From contig WBUR01000003.1 in assembly GCA_008933615.1 (NCBI GenBank), positions 16,340-80,339 of the forward strand: a stretch of 64,000 nucleotides of DNA. The letters run 5' to 3'. The position numbers and the translations under genes are program-made. The notes under the pieces were generated by a model. It saw only the letters and a list, made by a program, of their open reading frames with translations. It did not search any database and was not told the DNA's origin. This document shows positions 30,362-41,385 of the stretch, in pieces. Positions within the stretch are counted from its first letter, which is position 1, and each line of letters opens with the position of its first letter. The DNA is from a bacterium. Lineage in GTDB: Bacteria; CLD3; SB21.

Positions 30362-33067
30362 ATGATGAATCCCCTACTTCTGACTCTTGGTTTGTCTGCC
30401 ATGATATCGGTATCTGCTATGGATTCCGCTTTGATTTCCAATCCACTGCCCGTTGCCAGTCCGCCGACAGTAAGTACTGAATTACAAGATACAGTATTAG
30501 ACAAGAATTTTGGCTCTGTTTTCATATCCTATCTGTTCGATAATTTTACAAAACCAGGCGGCTTTCCTCCTTCACCGCCTTCACCGTTCAGCGTTACTGC
30601 TTTAATGCCAGGCATTATACCATTCATTTCCAATGACAGCCTGTACCTGATAGATTCTTTGAATTTCGTCGGAACCGTATTAATTCGAGTTACAGCCAGC
30701 GATGGAATTGATTCTGTCGCGGACACTTTTCAGGTTGTTGTAAGGGAAACGGCTCCGTCAGTCAATCACGCAATTTCGGACACGTCATTTATGGAAGATG
30801 CGGGCAGTGTAACCATAGCAGAGAATCTCGATTCTGTTTTTCAGGATGCTGACTCACCGGAACTTTTCTATTCAGTCATTGTTGTCGGAAACGGCATTAC
30901 TTCTGAGATCATCAATGACAAGCTCTTGCAGATTACGACCAAACCCGATTCGTTCGGCGTATATCAACTGATCGTGACGGCTACCGATGAACTGTCTCAG
31001 TCAGTCAGCGACACGGCGATGATCACTATCATTCCGGTGAATGATCCGCCGCGCATGGTTGTCCAACTGCCAGATGGATCAATCGGTGAAGACTTCGGAA
31101 AACTATTTATTGCAAAGATGGCAAATATATTTCGGGATCCAGATAATGACCTGTTAAATTTCTCAACTTCTACATCGATTCCAGCTAAACTCGCTTCATT
31201 GGTATCGGGAGACAGTTTATATGTCATATCAGTGAAGGACTCCAACGGCGTGGTGGACGTATATGTTTCCGCAACGGATCCTTCAATTGAAACAGCCCGT
31301 GATACTTTCAGGTTGACAGTCAATCCGATCAGCGATCCACCGCATGTATTTCAACAACTGCCGGACACAACCTTTTCGCAGGACTTTGGAAGGGCGTACG
31401 TGGCTAAACTTGAAAACTATTTCAAAGATATTGATAATGCCGTGTTGATCTATTCCGCTTACTCGCTGTCTGACGGAGTTTTTTCTGAGATATCAAATGA
31501 TAGTTTGTATTTGAATAGCCAATCTTACTTTTTTGGAAATGTTCAAATTGTTGTGGATGCATCGGACGGAGACGGGTCCATTACAGATACATTTTCTGTG
31601 ACCATAACTAATATCAACGACGCTCCGGTCAACTTGAATATTTTTACAGAACTGACGATTCCTGAAGACACAACCGCATTCTTGATTGGCGATATGAAAG
31701 ATAATTTCATAGATCCCGACAATGACCCGGTAGATTTCATCGCCCAAAGTTCAGATAGTTCCAGGCTATCAGTATGGATATCCAACGACAGCCTTTATGC
31801 CGTTCCGGAAAAAGATTCTTCAGGCGTAGTTCAACTATTTTTATCGGCAACCGATACGTTCTCTGCCGTGACGCGCGACACTTTTCTAATTACTATAAAT
31901 CCTGTGAATGATCCGCCGCGAGTTATGTCGGCAATTCGTGACACATCGCTGTTGCAAAATTTCGGTAAAGTATTTATCCGTACATTATCTTCGGTTTTCA
32001 TAGATATTGACAGTCCGTCGCTAACCTATACGGTGGATAGTTTATCATCTGGCGTTTCACGTCAAATTTCTTCAGACAGTTTGTATATCAAAAGTATACC
32101 GGGCTTCTTTGGCGTAATAAATTTCAAAGTAACGGCAAGCGATGGAAGCTTGTCCGTATCGGATACGTTTAAAGTCATTGTTAACGATATTACCGGCCCG
32201 CAGGCCTTCGTCAATGCTTTGGCATCGCCGGTATTAAATGTTGTTCGGTTCGTAGCGGGCGCAGACGAAAATCTCAGCGCGCTATCGCTCACGGCCAATA
32301 GCGTTCTCGTTACGATGACCAAACAGGGCAGCGTTTATTTTGGTGATTATAATCTCACGTCAGCAGGAAACCTTGTTGTATCGGTGTCGGCAACCGATGT
32401 ATCAGGGAATCAGGACACGGTCAATCGGCAATACCAGGTTTCTTTGCTTAACAAACCGGCCTCATTCGGGAAGTACCATTTCACGGGTTCAACCGGCGGC
32501 TACCTACTGGTAAGCAATGGCGAAAATGTCGCTGCACCGTCGGGCTGGATTAGATACGGCGACAATATTGAGGTAATCATCACAGGACTTCAAACAAACT
32601 TACAAATTGCCGCAACGTATGAAAGTTCACTATCGATAGATGATGAACCAAAAATCGGATTGTATGAATTGGTCAACGGGGAATGGAATTATCTCGGTGG
32701 AGAAGGCCTCGGCGGCAAAGTGGTTACGCAAGTGCAAAAGGGCGGACAATATGCCGTTTTCTATAATCCCGACCACGTGGTAATTCCGCGTGAATTTATT
32801 CTAAGTCAGAATTATCCTAATCCGTTTAACCCGTCTACGACGATCCGGTATGACATTCCGGTCGAATCGCGCGTGACGATCAAGATCTATAATTTGCTCG
32901 GGCAGGAAGTAAAAACATTAGTCAACGGCGTAAAAGGAATAGGGCGTTATGAAATTCAATGGAACGGAAGAAATGAATTAGGTAACAGTGTTGCAAGCGG
33001 CATTTATTTATATCGCCTGCAGACAAATAAATTTGTCCAAACTAGAAAAATGGTGCTTATAAAATGA
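30362..33067 (+). CDS. Secreted surface protein with six ~95-aa cadherin/Ig-like repeats and a C-terminal FlgD-Ig/T9SS-type sorting domain
   Basis: Signal peptide. Repeats end in VNDPP/ISDPP/INDAP with 'ASDG..S.SDTF.V.V'. C-terminus 'LSQNYPNPFNPSTTIRY...YNLLGQEVKTLV...SGIYLYRL...TRKMVLIK'. Confidence 0.85.
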   Translation: MMNPLLLTLGLSAMISVSAMDSALISNPLPVASPPTVSTELQDTVLDKNFGSVFISYLFDNFTKPGGFPPSPPSPFSVTALMPGIIPFISNDSLYLIDSLNFVGTVLIRVTASDGIDSVADTFQVVVRETAPSVNHAISDTSFMEDAGSVTIAENLDSVFQDADSPELFYSVIVVGNGITSEIINDKLLQITTKPDSFGVYQLIVTATDELSQSVSDTAMITIIPVNDPPRMVVQLPDGSIGEDFGKLFIAKMANIFRDPDNDLLNFSTSTSIPAKLASLVSGDSLYVISVKDSNGVVDVYVSATDPSIETARDTFRLTVNPISDPPHVFQQLPDTTFSQDFGRAYVAKLENYFKDIDNAVLIYSAYSLSDGVFSEISNDSLYLNSQSYFFGNVQIVVDASDGDGSITDTFSVTITNINDAPVNLNIFTELTIPEDTTAFLIGDMKDNFIDPDNDPVDFIAQSSDSSRLSVWISNDSLYAVPEKDSSGVVQLFLSATDTFSAVTRDTFLITINPVNDPPRVMSAIRDTSLLQNFGKVFIRTLSSVFIDIDSPSLTYTVDSLSSGVSRQISSDSLYIKSIPGFFGVINFKVTASDGSLSVSDTFKVIVNDITGPQAFVNALASPVLNVVRFVAGADENLSALSLTANSVLVTMTKQGSVYFGDYNLTSAGNLVVSVSATDVSGNQDTVNRQYQVSLLNKPASFGKYHFTGSTGGYLLVSNGENVAAPSGWIRYGDNIEVIITGLQTNLQIAATYESSLSIDDEPKIGLYELVNGEWNYLGGEGLGGKVVTQVQKGGQYAVFYNPDHVVIPREFILSQNYPNPFNPSTTIRYDIPVESRVTIKIYNLLGQEVKTLVNGVKGIGRYEIQWNGRNELGNSVASGIYLYRLQTNKFVQTRKMVLIK

Positions 33068-33123
33068 TCGAACGCAGATCCTTAACAAAATAGTTAATCA
33101 ACAATCTAATAGCGAAAGTCCGT

Positions 33124-33690
33124 ATGAAAATAAATGCTCTTTGGTTTATCATGTTAACTGCATTTTGGATCAACGGTTGCCCCAATGGCAGTAAGAAAGA
33201 CGTGAGCCTGACACAGGCAAAGAATGTTTTTAAAAGCGGTGATTATGAAGCCGCTCTCGTTTTATACGAAGATCTGATCGAGACGGAAGGCTCTGCTGCG
33301 CGTATCGGGGCCGCGTGGTGTTATATCCGGTTAAATGATTATGCAACGGCGAATACCTATTTCTCGTTATCGGCTGACGATTCTTTGGTGGACGGATATG
33401 CAGGGTGGACTTTTACGGCGTGGGCGGCGAATAGTCCGCAGGTGGCAATTGAAAGGGCAAATTTTGTTCTGAGAAAAAACGCTGCCTACGCGCTTTCTTT
33501 AGATTCACGAGTTAACGCAAATCATTTAATTTGGATTCAGGCAAGCAGCTACTTTCAGTTGGGAAACTATACGGCGAGTGTGGAAAAAATTAAATTACTC
33601 GACGCCTCTTTTAATCCGAACCTAAACGCAGAGAATATTAGTCAGTTGATTGCAGAAAAATTGCAGGTTCTGGGGGCCGTGCATTTTTGA
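33124..33690 (+). CDS. TPR-containing lipoprotein
   Basis: Signal with 'INGC' lipobox. TPR-like helices 'FKSGDYEAAL' and 'YFQLGNYTAS'. Confidence 0.7.
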   Translation: MKINALWFIMLTAFWINGCPNGSKKDVSLTQAKNVFKSGDYEAALVLYEDLIETEGSAARIGAAWCYIRLNDYATANTYFSLSADDSLVDGYAGWTFTAWAANSPQVAIERANFVLRKNAAYALSLDSRVNANHLIWIQASSYFQLGNYTASVEKIKLLDASFNPNLNAENISQLIAEKLQVLGAVHF

Positions 33691-33696
33691 TATTGG

Positions 33697-34164
33697 CTAT
33701 TTTTTCGGAAACAGCAGGCGTACGTCAATATTGGCTTCATCTACATCGTAGCAGTCTTTATCGCAGTAATCATCAGTATCAACCGACAAATCGTCTCCAT
33801 CGATCGCGATCACCGTGTCTCCGTCTTTTTGTATATATTTCGCGACTACGGAATAATACTGATCTACAGGCAATTCATAGGTTGCGCCCGAGCCGGTCAG
33901 CGTATCGAGGAGGACAAGGTCATTCTTCTCAAAGTCCCCTCTGAAAACAGCTATCGGAACCTGTAAATTCTTTCCGTTGATTGTGGAGCGAATAATTACC
34001 TGCCCGGTCGTCGGCCTGACGTCGACGCAGCCGAACGGCGCCGGCTCGCAATCTTCGTCGTTGTCAGTCCAAAAGTCACATCCATTTATGACCGCCGCTA
34101 ATAAAACAAACAAAAAAAGTCCGTCTGTCAAAACAGTTTTTCTAATATGATAATAGATTGTCAT
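33697..34164 (-). CDS. Hypothetical lipoprotein
   Basis: Hydrophobic stretch ending 'VINGC', acidic Cys-containing mature part. Start overlaps the stop of the upstream gene. Confidence 0.65.
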   Translation of the reverse strand: MTIYYHIRKTVLTDGLFLFVLLAAVINGCDFWTDNDEDCEPAPFGCVDVRPTTGQVIIRSTINGKNLQVPIAVFRGDFEKNDLVLLDTLTGSGATYELPVDQYYSVVAKYIQKDGDTVIAIDGDDLSVDTDDYCDKDCYDVDEANIDVRLLFPKK

Positions 34165-34760
34165 TATAGCTGACCTCCGATAGCGAGATAGATGCGATGG
34201 CCTGCGCTGGTTCTATTATCAACGTATTGATAGCCGGAACGGAGAAAAACAAAACGTGAGAACTTATAAGAAAATCCCGCATTGATCACAGGCGTAAGGC
34301 CTTCTTTTTTTTCTATTTGATGTCCCTCCCACACGCCTTCGCCGGTTCCGCTGTAATCTACGAAAGTAACACCCAATCCGGCCGACAGAAAAGCATCCAT
34401 TCGATTATTGATCCACCATTTTTTGTCAAGTCCTGTTGCAATGATAAAACGGTATTCTTTTAATTGAAAAAAATAGTGGGGCTCGGATTTTACCAAGACG
34501 GCTTTTTTGTAGGGGCGGCCATAGAAAGATCCAAAAGCGCCGAGAAATTTGTCTCCGTTGACGGAATATCGGTACGTTATGCCGAGAGACAGATCGCCGT
34601 CATCAAGGACACCGAACGGCATTTCGAAATAGGCGGAATGCTTATGACTCTTTTCGTACGTCATGGCTCCGCCGCGGTCGAACTGAGCTTTGGCCGTAGA
34701 AGAAAAAATGAGAAAAAAAAGCAGGAACGAAAAGGTTTTATTCAAGATGCGTGTTATCAT
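34164..34760 (-). CDS. Small outer-membrane beta-barrel protein
   Basis: Signal peptide ending 'AKA-Q', alternating amphipathic strands, aromatic-rich C-terminal strand. Confidence 0.65.
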   Translation of the reverse strand: MITRILNKTFSFLLFFLIFSSTAKAQFDRGGAMTYEKSHKHSAYFEMPFGVLDDGDLSLGITYRYSVNGDKFLGAFGSFYGRPYKKAVLVKSEPHYFFQLKEYRFIIATGLDKKWWINNRMDAFLSAGLGVTFVDYSGTGEGVWEGHQIEKKEGLTPVINAGFSYKFSRFVFLRSGYQYVDNRTSAGHRIYLAIGGQL

Positions 34761-35827
34761 GCGACTGTAATTTCTTTTTCTAAATAAACATCCTGGATCG
34801 TATTAAGTAATTTGACTCCCTCGGTCATTGGTTTCTGAAACGCCTTACGTCCGGAGATCAGGCCCATACCACCCGCGCGCTTATTGATCACGGCCGTTTT
34901 GACGGCCTCGGCCATATCGCTCGCGCCTTTGGATTCTCCGCCGGAATTGATAAGACCTGCGCGGCCCATATAACAATTAGCTACCTGATACCGTGTGAGA
35001 TCGATCGGATGTTCGGTGGTCAGTTCAGTATAAATTTTTTCGCTGGTCTTGCCGTACGGATTATCCTTTGACGAAATGGCCTTATATCCGCCGTTATTCG
35101 TCGGTAATTTTTGTTTTATGATATCCGCTTGTATGGTCACGCCGAGATGATTCGCCTGTCCGGTTAGATCGGCGGAAGTATGATAATCTTTTTCAGCCGT
35201 CTTGAAGGCATTGTTGCGCGTGTAACACCAAAGAATGGTTGCCATCCCGAGTTCATGTGCGTATGAAAAGGCTTCACTCACCTCCTGAATTTGCCGCGTA
35301 GATTCTGCCGAGCCAAAATAGATAGTTGCTCCGACGGCCGCGGCGCCCATATCCCAGCACTGTTTCACGGACCCAAACATGATCTGGTCGTATTTATTGG
35401 GGTAGCTAAGGAATTCATTATGATTAATTTTAACGACAAACGGGATCTTGTGCGCATATTTGCGCGCGCAGGAACCCAACACACCGAATGTGGAAGCCAC
35501 AGCATTACAGCCGCCTTCGATGGCGAGCTTAACAATATTTTCAGAATCAAAATATATCGGATTGGGAGCAAAGGATGATCCCGCCGAGTGTTCAATTCCC
35601 TGATCTACAGGAAGAATGGACAAATACCCTGATCCGGCAAGGCGTCCGTTATTGAAAAGCGCTTGAAGATTTCGCAATACCTGCGGATTACGGTCGCTGT
35701 CTTTCCAAATGAGGTCAACAAAATTGGGCCCAGGAATATGTAATTGGTCTTTTGAAATACCTTTGCATTGGTGTTTAAGCAGGTGATCGGCGTCAGAGCC
35801 CATCAAATCCAGTAGATTTTTTAGCAT
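34757..35827 (-). CDS. fbaB: Class I fructose-bisphosphate aldolase (DhnA/FbaB type)
   Basis: '[23 protein letters not shown]', 'ADIIKQKLP' Schiff-base Lys, '[17 protein letters not shown]'. Confidence 0.95.
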   Translation of the reverse strand: MLKNLLDLMGSDADHLLKHQCKGISKDQLHIPGPNFVDLIWKDSDRNPQVLRNLQALFNNGRLAGSGYLSILPVDQGIEHSAGSSFAPNPIYFDSENIVKLAIEGGCNAVASTFGVLGSCARKYAHKIPFVVKINHNEFLSYPNKYDQIMFGSVKQCWDMGAAAVGATIYFGSAESTRQIQEVSEAFSYAHELGMATILWCYTRNNAFKTAEKDYHTSADLTGQANHLGVTIQADIIKQKLPTNNGGYKAISSKDNPYGKTSEKIYTELTTEHPIDLTRYQVANCYMGRAGLINSGGESKGASDMAEAVKTAVINKRAGGMGLISGRKAFQKPMTEGVKLLNTIQDVYLEKEITVA

Positions 35828-35905
35828 GATAATTACCTCAGTTTATTTTAAAAGTACATCTGTTTTTTTTATACGCAGCTAATGTAAAGAAAAAAGCATG
35901 TTTCT

Positions 35906-37162
35906 TCAACGACTAATTTTTTTGATTTCGACCTCGGATTTGCCGTCGTAAAATTCAATCACAGCAGGTTCTTTTTCTGCAAGTTCGCGCAAGCTCTGGA
36001 CAACCTTATTGTGCTGATGGGTGATGGTGTAGCCTCTTTGCAGCGTATTTCTAGGATTTAATGTGCGGAGCTGATCTTCAAAATGCTTTAGGTTTTGGCC
36101 GTATAATCTTATGTGATGAATTACCTGCCGCGACATTCGCCGTTCCAGGCCGTCCGCCTGCTGGCGGTATTGTTCGACGATATTTTCAGGACGCCGGAAC
36201 GCATAACGTTCTTCATAATGTTTAAGCCGGTCACGGTAATATCCGATCGTGTTTTCAATATTCTGAATGAGTGTGTACCGAAGGTTTGCTAATTGCTGTT
36301 CAACTTCCGATTTATCCGGCACGGCAATTTCAGCCGCGGCGGACGGCGTTGCGGCGCGTACGTCGGCAACAAAGTCCGCAATTGTAAAATCTATTTCATG
36401 CCCCACAGCGCTAATGGTAGGAATGGAGCAATGGTAGATAGCCCTTGCTACTTTTTCATCGTTAAAAGCCCACAAATCTTCGATCGATCCGCCACCGCGT
36501 CCGATAATAAGCACATCGACATTATTGTAACTATCAAAATCTTTGATGGCGCGAACGATCTCTTCAACTGCGCCGTCCCCCTGAACCTTGACGGGCGAAA
36601 GGATGAGTTGAACCGATGGCATTCGCCGTCGGCACACACTTACAATATCGCGAATAGCCGCCCCGGTTGGTGAACTGATAATGCCGACGGTCTCAGGAAA
36701 CCCTGGAATTGGTTTTTTATGCTTTTCGCTGAACAGGCCTTCAGCAAATAGTTTTTTCTTTAATTGTTCAAACGCTAATTGTAATTCTCCGATACCTTCC
36801 GGCTGAATGTCCAACACCGTGATCTGATAATACCCGCCTTTTTCGTACAAGGACAATTTTCCCCGGACTAAGAATTTCATGCCTTCATTAAGTGAAAAGG
36901 TCATTTGTTGTGCCTGGGATCGCCAGATAACGCATTTGATCTGAGCCAGTTCATCCTTGAGCGTAAAATAAATATGGCCGGATGAGTGGCGGGTGAGATT
37001 GGAGGCTTCACCGCGAACGACCAGTGAGGGAAAACTTTCTTCTATGAGAAACTTAATGTGGCGGGTGATTTCAACGACAGAATAAATCTTAATTTCTGAA
37101 GAGTCGGGTTCATCATCGTCTTTAGTCTGCCGTGGCGATGATGAAAAAAGATCCATGGTCAT
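35906..37162 (-). CDS. xseA: Exodeoxyribonuclease VII large subunit
   Basis: 'GE.SN...SGHIYFTLKDE', 'SSPTGAAIRDI', 'GRGGGSIEDLWAFNDE', 'SAVGHEIDFTIADFVADVRAATPSAAAE'. Confidence 0.96.
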   Translation of the reverse strand: MTMDLFSSSPRQTKDDDEPDSSEIKIYSVVEITRHIKFLIEESFPSLVVRGEASNLTRHSSGHIYFTLKDELAQIKCVIWRSQAQQMTFSLNEGMKFLVRGKLSLYEKGGYYQITVLDIQPEGIGELQLAFEQLKKKLFAEGLFSEKHKKPIPGFPETVGIISSPTGAAIRDIVSVCRRRMPSVQLILSPVKVQGDGAVEEIVRAIKDFDSYNNVDVLIIGRGGGSIEDLWAFNDEKVARAIYHCSIPTISAVGHEIDFTIADFVADVRAATPSAAAEIAVPDKSEVEQQLANLRYTLIQNIENTIGYYRDRLKHYEERYAFRRPENIVEQYRQQADGLERRMSRQVIHHIRLYGQNLKHFEDQLRTLNPRNTLQRGYTITHQHNKVVQSLRELAEKEPAVIEFYDGKSEVEIKKISR

Positions 37163-37182
37163 GAGCTAATACTTTCTTTGGA

Positions 37183-37866
37183 TCACTTCCATTTGAATAG
37201 GATGGAGCATCCTAAATTTACAAAAAGACCGTTGATCTCCGAAGAGGAACTGCTGCGAAAAGGGGAGCCCATGATACCGGCTCCGATTTGGGGTTTAATA
37301 GCGTATCGATCAGAGAGCTTAAACTTGTAGCCTGCGATAAGGAAAACGGAAAAAGTTTTTAAATTTCCGGACTTATTATTAACAATGATCGCGCTGTCGG
37401 GCGTAACTTCTTCTATCGATGAAGCAATGCCCTTCTTAAAATAATAATTTCCCGAAGCACCAACCGCCCAATAGGGTCCTTCTTTGTAGCTGTTTATATA
37501 GTTGTTGAGCACAACAGCGCCGCCAACGCCATTAATCCATTGCGTTTTCAAACGCGCCGTAATTTCATCCGATTCGATTTTACTGTAACGCGAAGCAAAT
37601 CCTCCGATGAGTGAAAACGTGCTTTTCGACGAACTGCCCGTTTTATTTTTCATCGTCATTTCCCATTCAATGCCGGATATGTTGTTAAACTGCACAACGG
37701 GTCCGATGAAATGCTGGGTTTTGAAATTTGACGGCTGTGCCGGCGTTCTTTTTTTTCTTACCTGCGCCTGCGTCGAATCGGCTGCGAATACTATTAATAA
37801 AACGAACAAGACATATTTCAAAGCAGACTCCATTCTTCCGGTATTGGTTGTGTTACTTATTTTCAT
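37183..37866 (-). CDS. Putative outer-membrane beta-barrel protein
   Basis: Signal peptide ending 'TQA-Q', amphipathic strands, terminal 'NLGCSILFKWK'. Confidence 0.6.
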   Translation of the reverse strand: MKISNTTNTGRMESALKYVLFVLLIVFAADSTQAQVRKKRTPAQPSNFKTQHFIGPVVQFNNISGIEWEMTMKNKTGSSSKSTFSLIGGFASRYSKIESDEITARLKTQWINGVGGAVVLNNYINSYKEGPYWAVGASGNYYFKKGIASSIEEVTPDSAIIVNNKSGNLKTFSVFLIAGYKFKLSDRYAIKPQIGAGIMGSPFRSSSSSEINGLFVNLGCSILFKWK

Positions 37867-38536
37867 ATTTTTTTAATTGATAACCTTTCGGCATTTCCTG
37901 TTTAAACACCTCGTCTTTAATTTTTCCGTTAACTTTGAGATCTGTAAATTCCCAAATCGTGATATCCCCGTCGTTTTCATAGAGCTCTGCGCCATACGGG
38001 AGCCACAGATCGTCACGAACATAGATGACAATTTTCTCAAGCTTATTGTAGAGCTTGCTGTTTTTCAAGGGCGTCATTTGCATTCGATAGGAACCGAATT
38101 TTTTTTGAATCTCTCTGGCTGAAACCTTGATGTCAAACGTGTTATCCAGGCCGTCTAATGAGCCCCCAAATCCCATAATATATTGGCTGAAATTCAGTTC
38201 TTTTTCATTAGTAACGGTAACGCTTTTATTTTTGTGATTTATGATCCAGATTTCATTATTATTAATGATGTATTGATTTTCATCATTGGAGGATGGATCC
38301 AGAACATATTTACCCGGTTTCATGTAAAAGAAATCAGCTTTGCTGACCACTTCTTTTTCCATGAAAGAAGAAATTTTACGTTGTTTCATTTTCGCCTGGA
38401 GTGTTGCGGTGGTCTCGTTGGCCGACTTCATGTTCTTCATCACGTGTTTTTTTTCTTCGTCGCCGGCTCGGGCCGGTTTGGAAGCTCCTAAGACCAAGGC
38501 TGTAATTACAAAATACATTATACAGGAACGAAACAT
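37853..38536 (-). CDS. Outer-membrane lipoprotein carrier LolA-like protein
   Basis: Signal peptide. 'TLQAKMKQRK...ADFFYMKPGK...IINNNEIWI' and 'MTPL...KIVIYV...WEFTDLKVN...FK..PKG' match LolA-fold patterns. Confidence 0.75.
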   Translation of the reverse strand: MFRSCIMYFVITALVLGASKPARAGDEEKKHVMKNMKSANETTATLQAKMKQRKISSFMEKEVVSKADFFYMKPGKYVLDPSSNDENQYIINNNEIWIINHKNKSVTVTNEKELNFSQYIMGFGGSLDGLDNTFDIKVSAREIQKKFGSYRMQMTPLKNSKLYNKLEKIVIYVRDDLWLPYGAELYENDGDITIWEFTDLKVNGKIKDEVFKQEMPKGYQLKKYENK

Positions 38537-38793
38537 ATTGTTAACTTTCTTTTTTTGTACGAAATAACCTGACCTGCTCTACGTTTATTTACTCATAATG
38601 TTACGGCGGAACCCGCTTTTTATATACCGCCGAGCCGTAGCGAGTAAATCTTTTCTTTTGCGAAAGTAGCACATTTTTGTTTTTTAATCAACATATAAAA
38701 CCACGATGTATCCGGCGTTTTAAGGTGTTGAATTACATGGATGAAACGTCTAAGTTAATCCACCATTAAAACTAAACCGCTAAGACGGATGAC

Positions 38794-39249
38794 ATGCAAA
38801 TGAAAAAGGAATTTGAGCCCATATCTGATGAACTTCGGGAACAATTAAGCGAGCGTCTGAAACACAGCAACGTGAACAAACTTTTTGGTTATGCGATCGA
38901 AGATATTAAAAAGGATTACTGCAATTTATCGTTGGCTTACAGTGATGTTATTACGAACGGACAGAAAAGCAGAGGCACGATTCATGGGGGAATTGTGGCA
39001 GCGCTTGTAGATACGGCAGCTGCATTTGCGTTGTCAACCGGTTTTGACGGACAGATGAGTTTTGCGACCGTCGATTTGCACATAAATTTTCTTCATCGTG
39101 CACAAAGCAAGGTCTATGCTCATGCAAAAGTTATTCGAAAAGGTTCGCGGCTCAATGTATGCGACGTCGATGTGCTGGACGAAAACGGAAAACACGTTGC
39201 CAAAGCGAGCGTAAATTTTATTCTAACCAAACGAATCGAAGGAAAGTAA
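38794..39249 (+). CDS. PaaI family hotdog-fold thioesterase
   Basis: 'GTIHGGIVAALVDTAAA', 'TVDLHINFL', 'VIRKGSRL'. Confidence 0.9.
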   Translation: MQMKKEFEPISDELREQLSERLKHSNVNKLFGYAIEDIKKDYCNLSLAYSDVITNGQKSRGTIHGGIVAALVDTAAAFALSTGFDGQMSFATVDLHINFLHRAQSKVYAHAKVIRKGSRLNVCDVDVLDENGKHVAKASVNFILTKRIEGK

Positions 39250-39292
39250 TTTAGTCACCGATTAATAATTAAATCGGCGATTAAGATACGTT

Positions 39293-40279
39293 ATGCAATT
39301 CCAACTTCCTCCAATCAAAGCATGGTTTATGATCTTCCGCATTTTAGCGGTGGTGGTTTGGGCTGTGATGACGGTTCTTCTCAGTTCGGCGGTCGTGTTT
39401 TATGAAACGGGAAGGATTGATTGGATTAATTTCTTTCTGGTACTGGCTATTGCATCAATCACACAAGGTTTTCCGGCACACATTATTAACGAGATATTCG
39501 ATTGGAAAAGCGGCGCCGACCGGTACAGAAAAATTGGCGAAAAATCGGGCGGAAGCAAAGTGATCAAATCAGGCCTTGCGACCATTCCACAGCTTTGGGT
39601 GATGTTTGTCCTTACATCGGCAATAAGTTTTGCGCTTGTAATTGTATTGTATATGCGTACAGATCCACGAAGTTTATGGTTTTTTGGGGTTGGGTACCTT
39701 GTTTGTATTTTTTATACTCTGCCTCCTCTGAGTTTCGCATACCGGCCATTTGCGGGGGAATGGCTGGGCGGGTTTGCAGGCATTTTGCTGAATATGACGG
39801 GGAATTATTTTGTACAAACCGGTACCGTATCGCCGACGATTTTAGTTTTTTCTATGACGATAGGAATGGTCTATATTGCGATCATGATGTTATTCCATTA
39901 TCTTGATTATGAAAGCGACCGGCATGCGATTCCGATAAAACGAACAACCATAGTGTTCTTAGGACTGCAACGGAGCAAGATGTATGTGCTAATTTTATTA
40001 GCGGCCTCGACCGTATTGTCAGTGGTAATGGCCCTGCAGGTAAGCGTTATATTCACTATGGTAACGCTGAGTAATATCAGCCAATTTGTTTTTCAATTAC
40101 GTTGCGATCCGTCGGATGCGGAGTCTATAATAAAAACAGGGAAATGGCTTACGCTTGAAATGATCACATTTGCAATTCTTTTTTCAATAGTGGTCAACCC
40201 CATTTTTGGATGGGCGACATTTCCGGTGGTGTTGAGTTTTTATCTGCACAAAAAATTCGGTAAACTGAGAACGGTTTAA
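39293..40279 (+). CDS. UbiA-family prenyltransferase, MenA-like
   Basis: Multi-TM. Asp-rich motifs 'NEIFDWKSGAD' and 'HYLDYESDR..KRT', plus 'YTLPPLSFAYR..GE'. Confidence 0.85.
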   Translation: MQFQLPPIKAWFMIFRILAVVVWAVMTVLLSSAVVFYETGRIDWINFFLVLAIASITQGFPAHIINEIFDWKSGADRYRKIGEKSGGSKVIKSGLATIPQLWVMFVLTSAISFALVIVLYMRTDPRSLWFFGVGYLVCIFYTLPPLSFAYRPFAGEWLGGFAGILLNMTGNYFVQTGTVSPTILVFSMTIGMVYIAIMMLFHYLDYESDRHAIPIKRTTIVFLGLQRSKMYVLILLAASTVLSVVMALQVSVIFTMVTLSNISQFVFQLRCDPSDAESIIKTGKWLTLEMITFAILFSIVVNPIFGWATFPVVLSFYLHKKFGKLRTV

Positions 40280-40290
40280 AAGGAAGTCGT

Positions 40291-41385
40291 ATGGAGTTTC
40301 AGTATTCACAATGGCGTGATGATTTTATAAAGAAGAACATGAAGTTTGAGGATATCCTCAAGCTGTTTAATCAATTGCTCATTCATACGGATGGCGATGT
40401 GAACGAGGCTTTGCATTGGCTGACGGAACTGGATAAGCAGTACAAATTGTTCTCGGATGAGTTTGGTTTCGATGATTTTCTGCAACGATTAAAGGACGAA
40501 GGTTATATCGAAGATCGGGCGGGGGAAGCTCCGGTTTTAACGCCAAAGGGCGAGAAAAAAATTCGTCAGGACTCTCTGGACGAAATTTTTTCTTCTCTCA
40601 AAAAATCGCCGACGGGTATGCATGAAACAACACATACCGGGCAAGGTGTGGAACGTCTGAGCGAAACCAAGCCCTATCAATACGGCGATCCGCCATCGAA
40701 CATAGATTTTGTAGCAACCATCAGCAATGCGATGAAACACAGCGGCGAGGATGATATCGATTTACGCGAAGACGATTTTGAAGTATATGAAACGGAACAC
40801 ATGACGTCCTGCGCTACCGTTTTGGCTATTGACATCAGCCATAGCATGATCCTGTACGGCGAAGATCGAATCACGCCGGCCAAGAAAGTTGCAATGGCGC
40901 TGATAGAACTCATATTGACACGTTATCCCAAAGACAGTCTGGATGTGATCACGTTCGGCGACGAGGCCTCGGTTATTGATCTGGAAGATATTCCGTATAT
41001 TCAGGTCGGGCCGTTTCATACGAATACCAAAGAAGGGTTGCAACTCGCGCGGCAGTTATTGCGAAAACATCGTAATAAAAATAAACAGATTTTTATGATC
41101 ACGGACGGGAAACCGTCGTGCATACGCGAGGAAGGCGTTTTGTATAAGAACCCGTACGGCCTGGACCGGAAGATCATCAATCAGACTCTGCACGAAGCCG
41201 CCCAATGCCGCAAAGACGGCGTGGTCATTTCAACTTTTATGATCGCGGACGATCCCTATTTAACGCGATTTGTTGATACCCTAACCAAAACCAACAAAGG
41301 GCGGGCTTTTTATGCCGGCCTGAACGATCTGGGGCAGTATATATTCGTGGATTACATCAGGAATCGCAGGAAGAATTTAAGATAA
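40291..41385 (+). CDS. vWA-domain protein
   Basis: MIDAS 'DISHSM', 'HTNT' and 'MITDGKP'. Confidence 0.85.
   Translation: MEFQYSQWRDDFIKKNMKFEDILKLFNQLLIHTDGDVNEALHWLTELDKQYKLFSDEFGFDDFLQRLKDEGYIEDRAGEAPVLTPKGEKKIRQDSLDEIFSSLKKSPTGMHETTHTGQGVERLSETKPYQYGDPPSNIDFVATISNAMKHSGEDDIDLREDDFEVYETEHMTSCATVLAIDISHSMILYGEDRITPAKKVAMALIELILTRYPKDSLDVITFGDEASVIDLEDIPYIQVGPFHTNTKEGLQLARQLLRKHRNKNKQIFMITDGKPSCIREEGVLYKNPYGLDRKIINQTLHEAAQCRKDGVVISTFMIADDPYLTRFVDTLTKTNKGRAFYAGLNDLGQYIFVDYIRNRRKNLR

Noticed and set aside
35906..37162. xseA without an adjacent xseB
   Set aside because: The two genes are often unlinked, so this is not informative from one window.
38600..38642. GC-rich imperfect hairpin between the divergent lolA-like and PaaI genes
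   Set aside because: A single short stem with no recognisable riboswitch or RNA motif.
40291..41385. vWA protein without an adjacent AAA+ partner
   Set aside because: The partner may be elsewhere in the genome, which is common.
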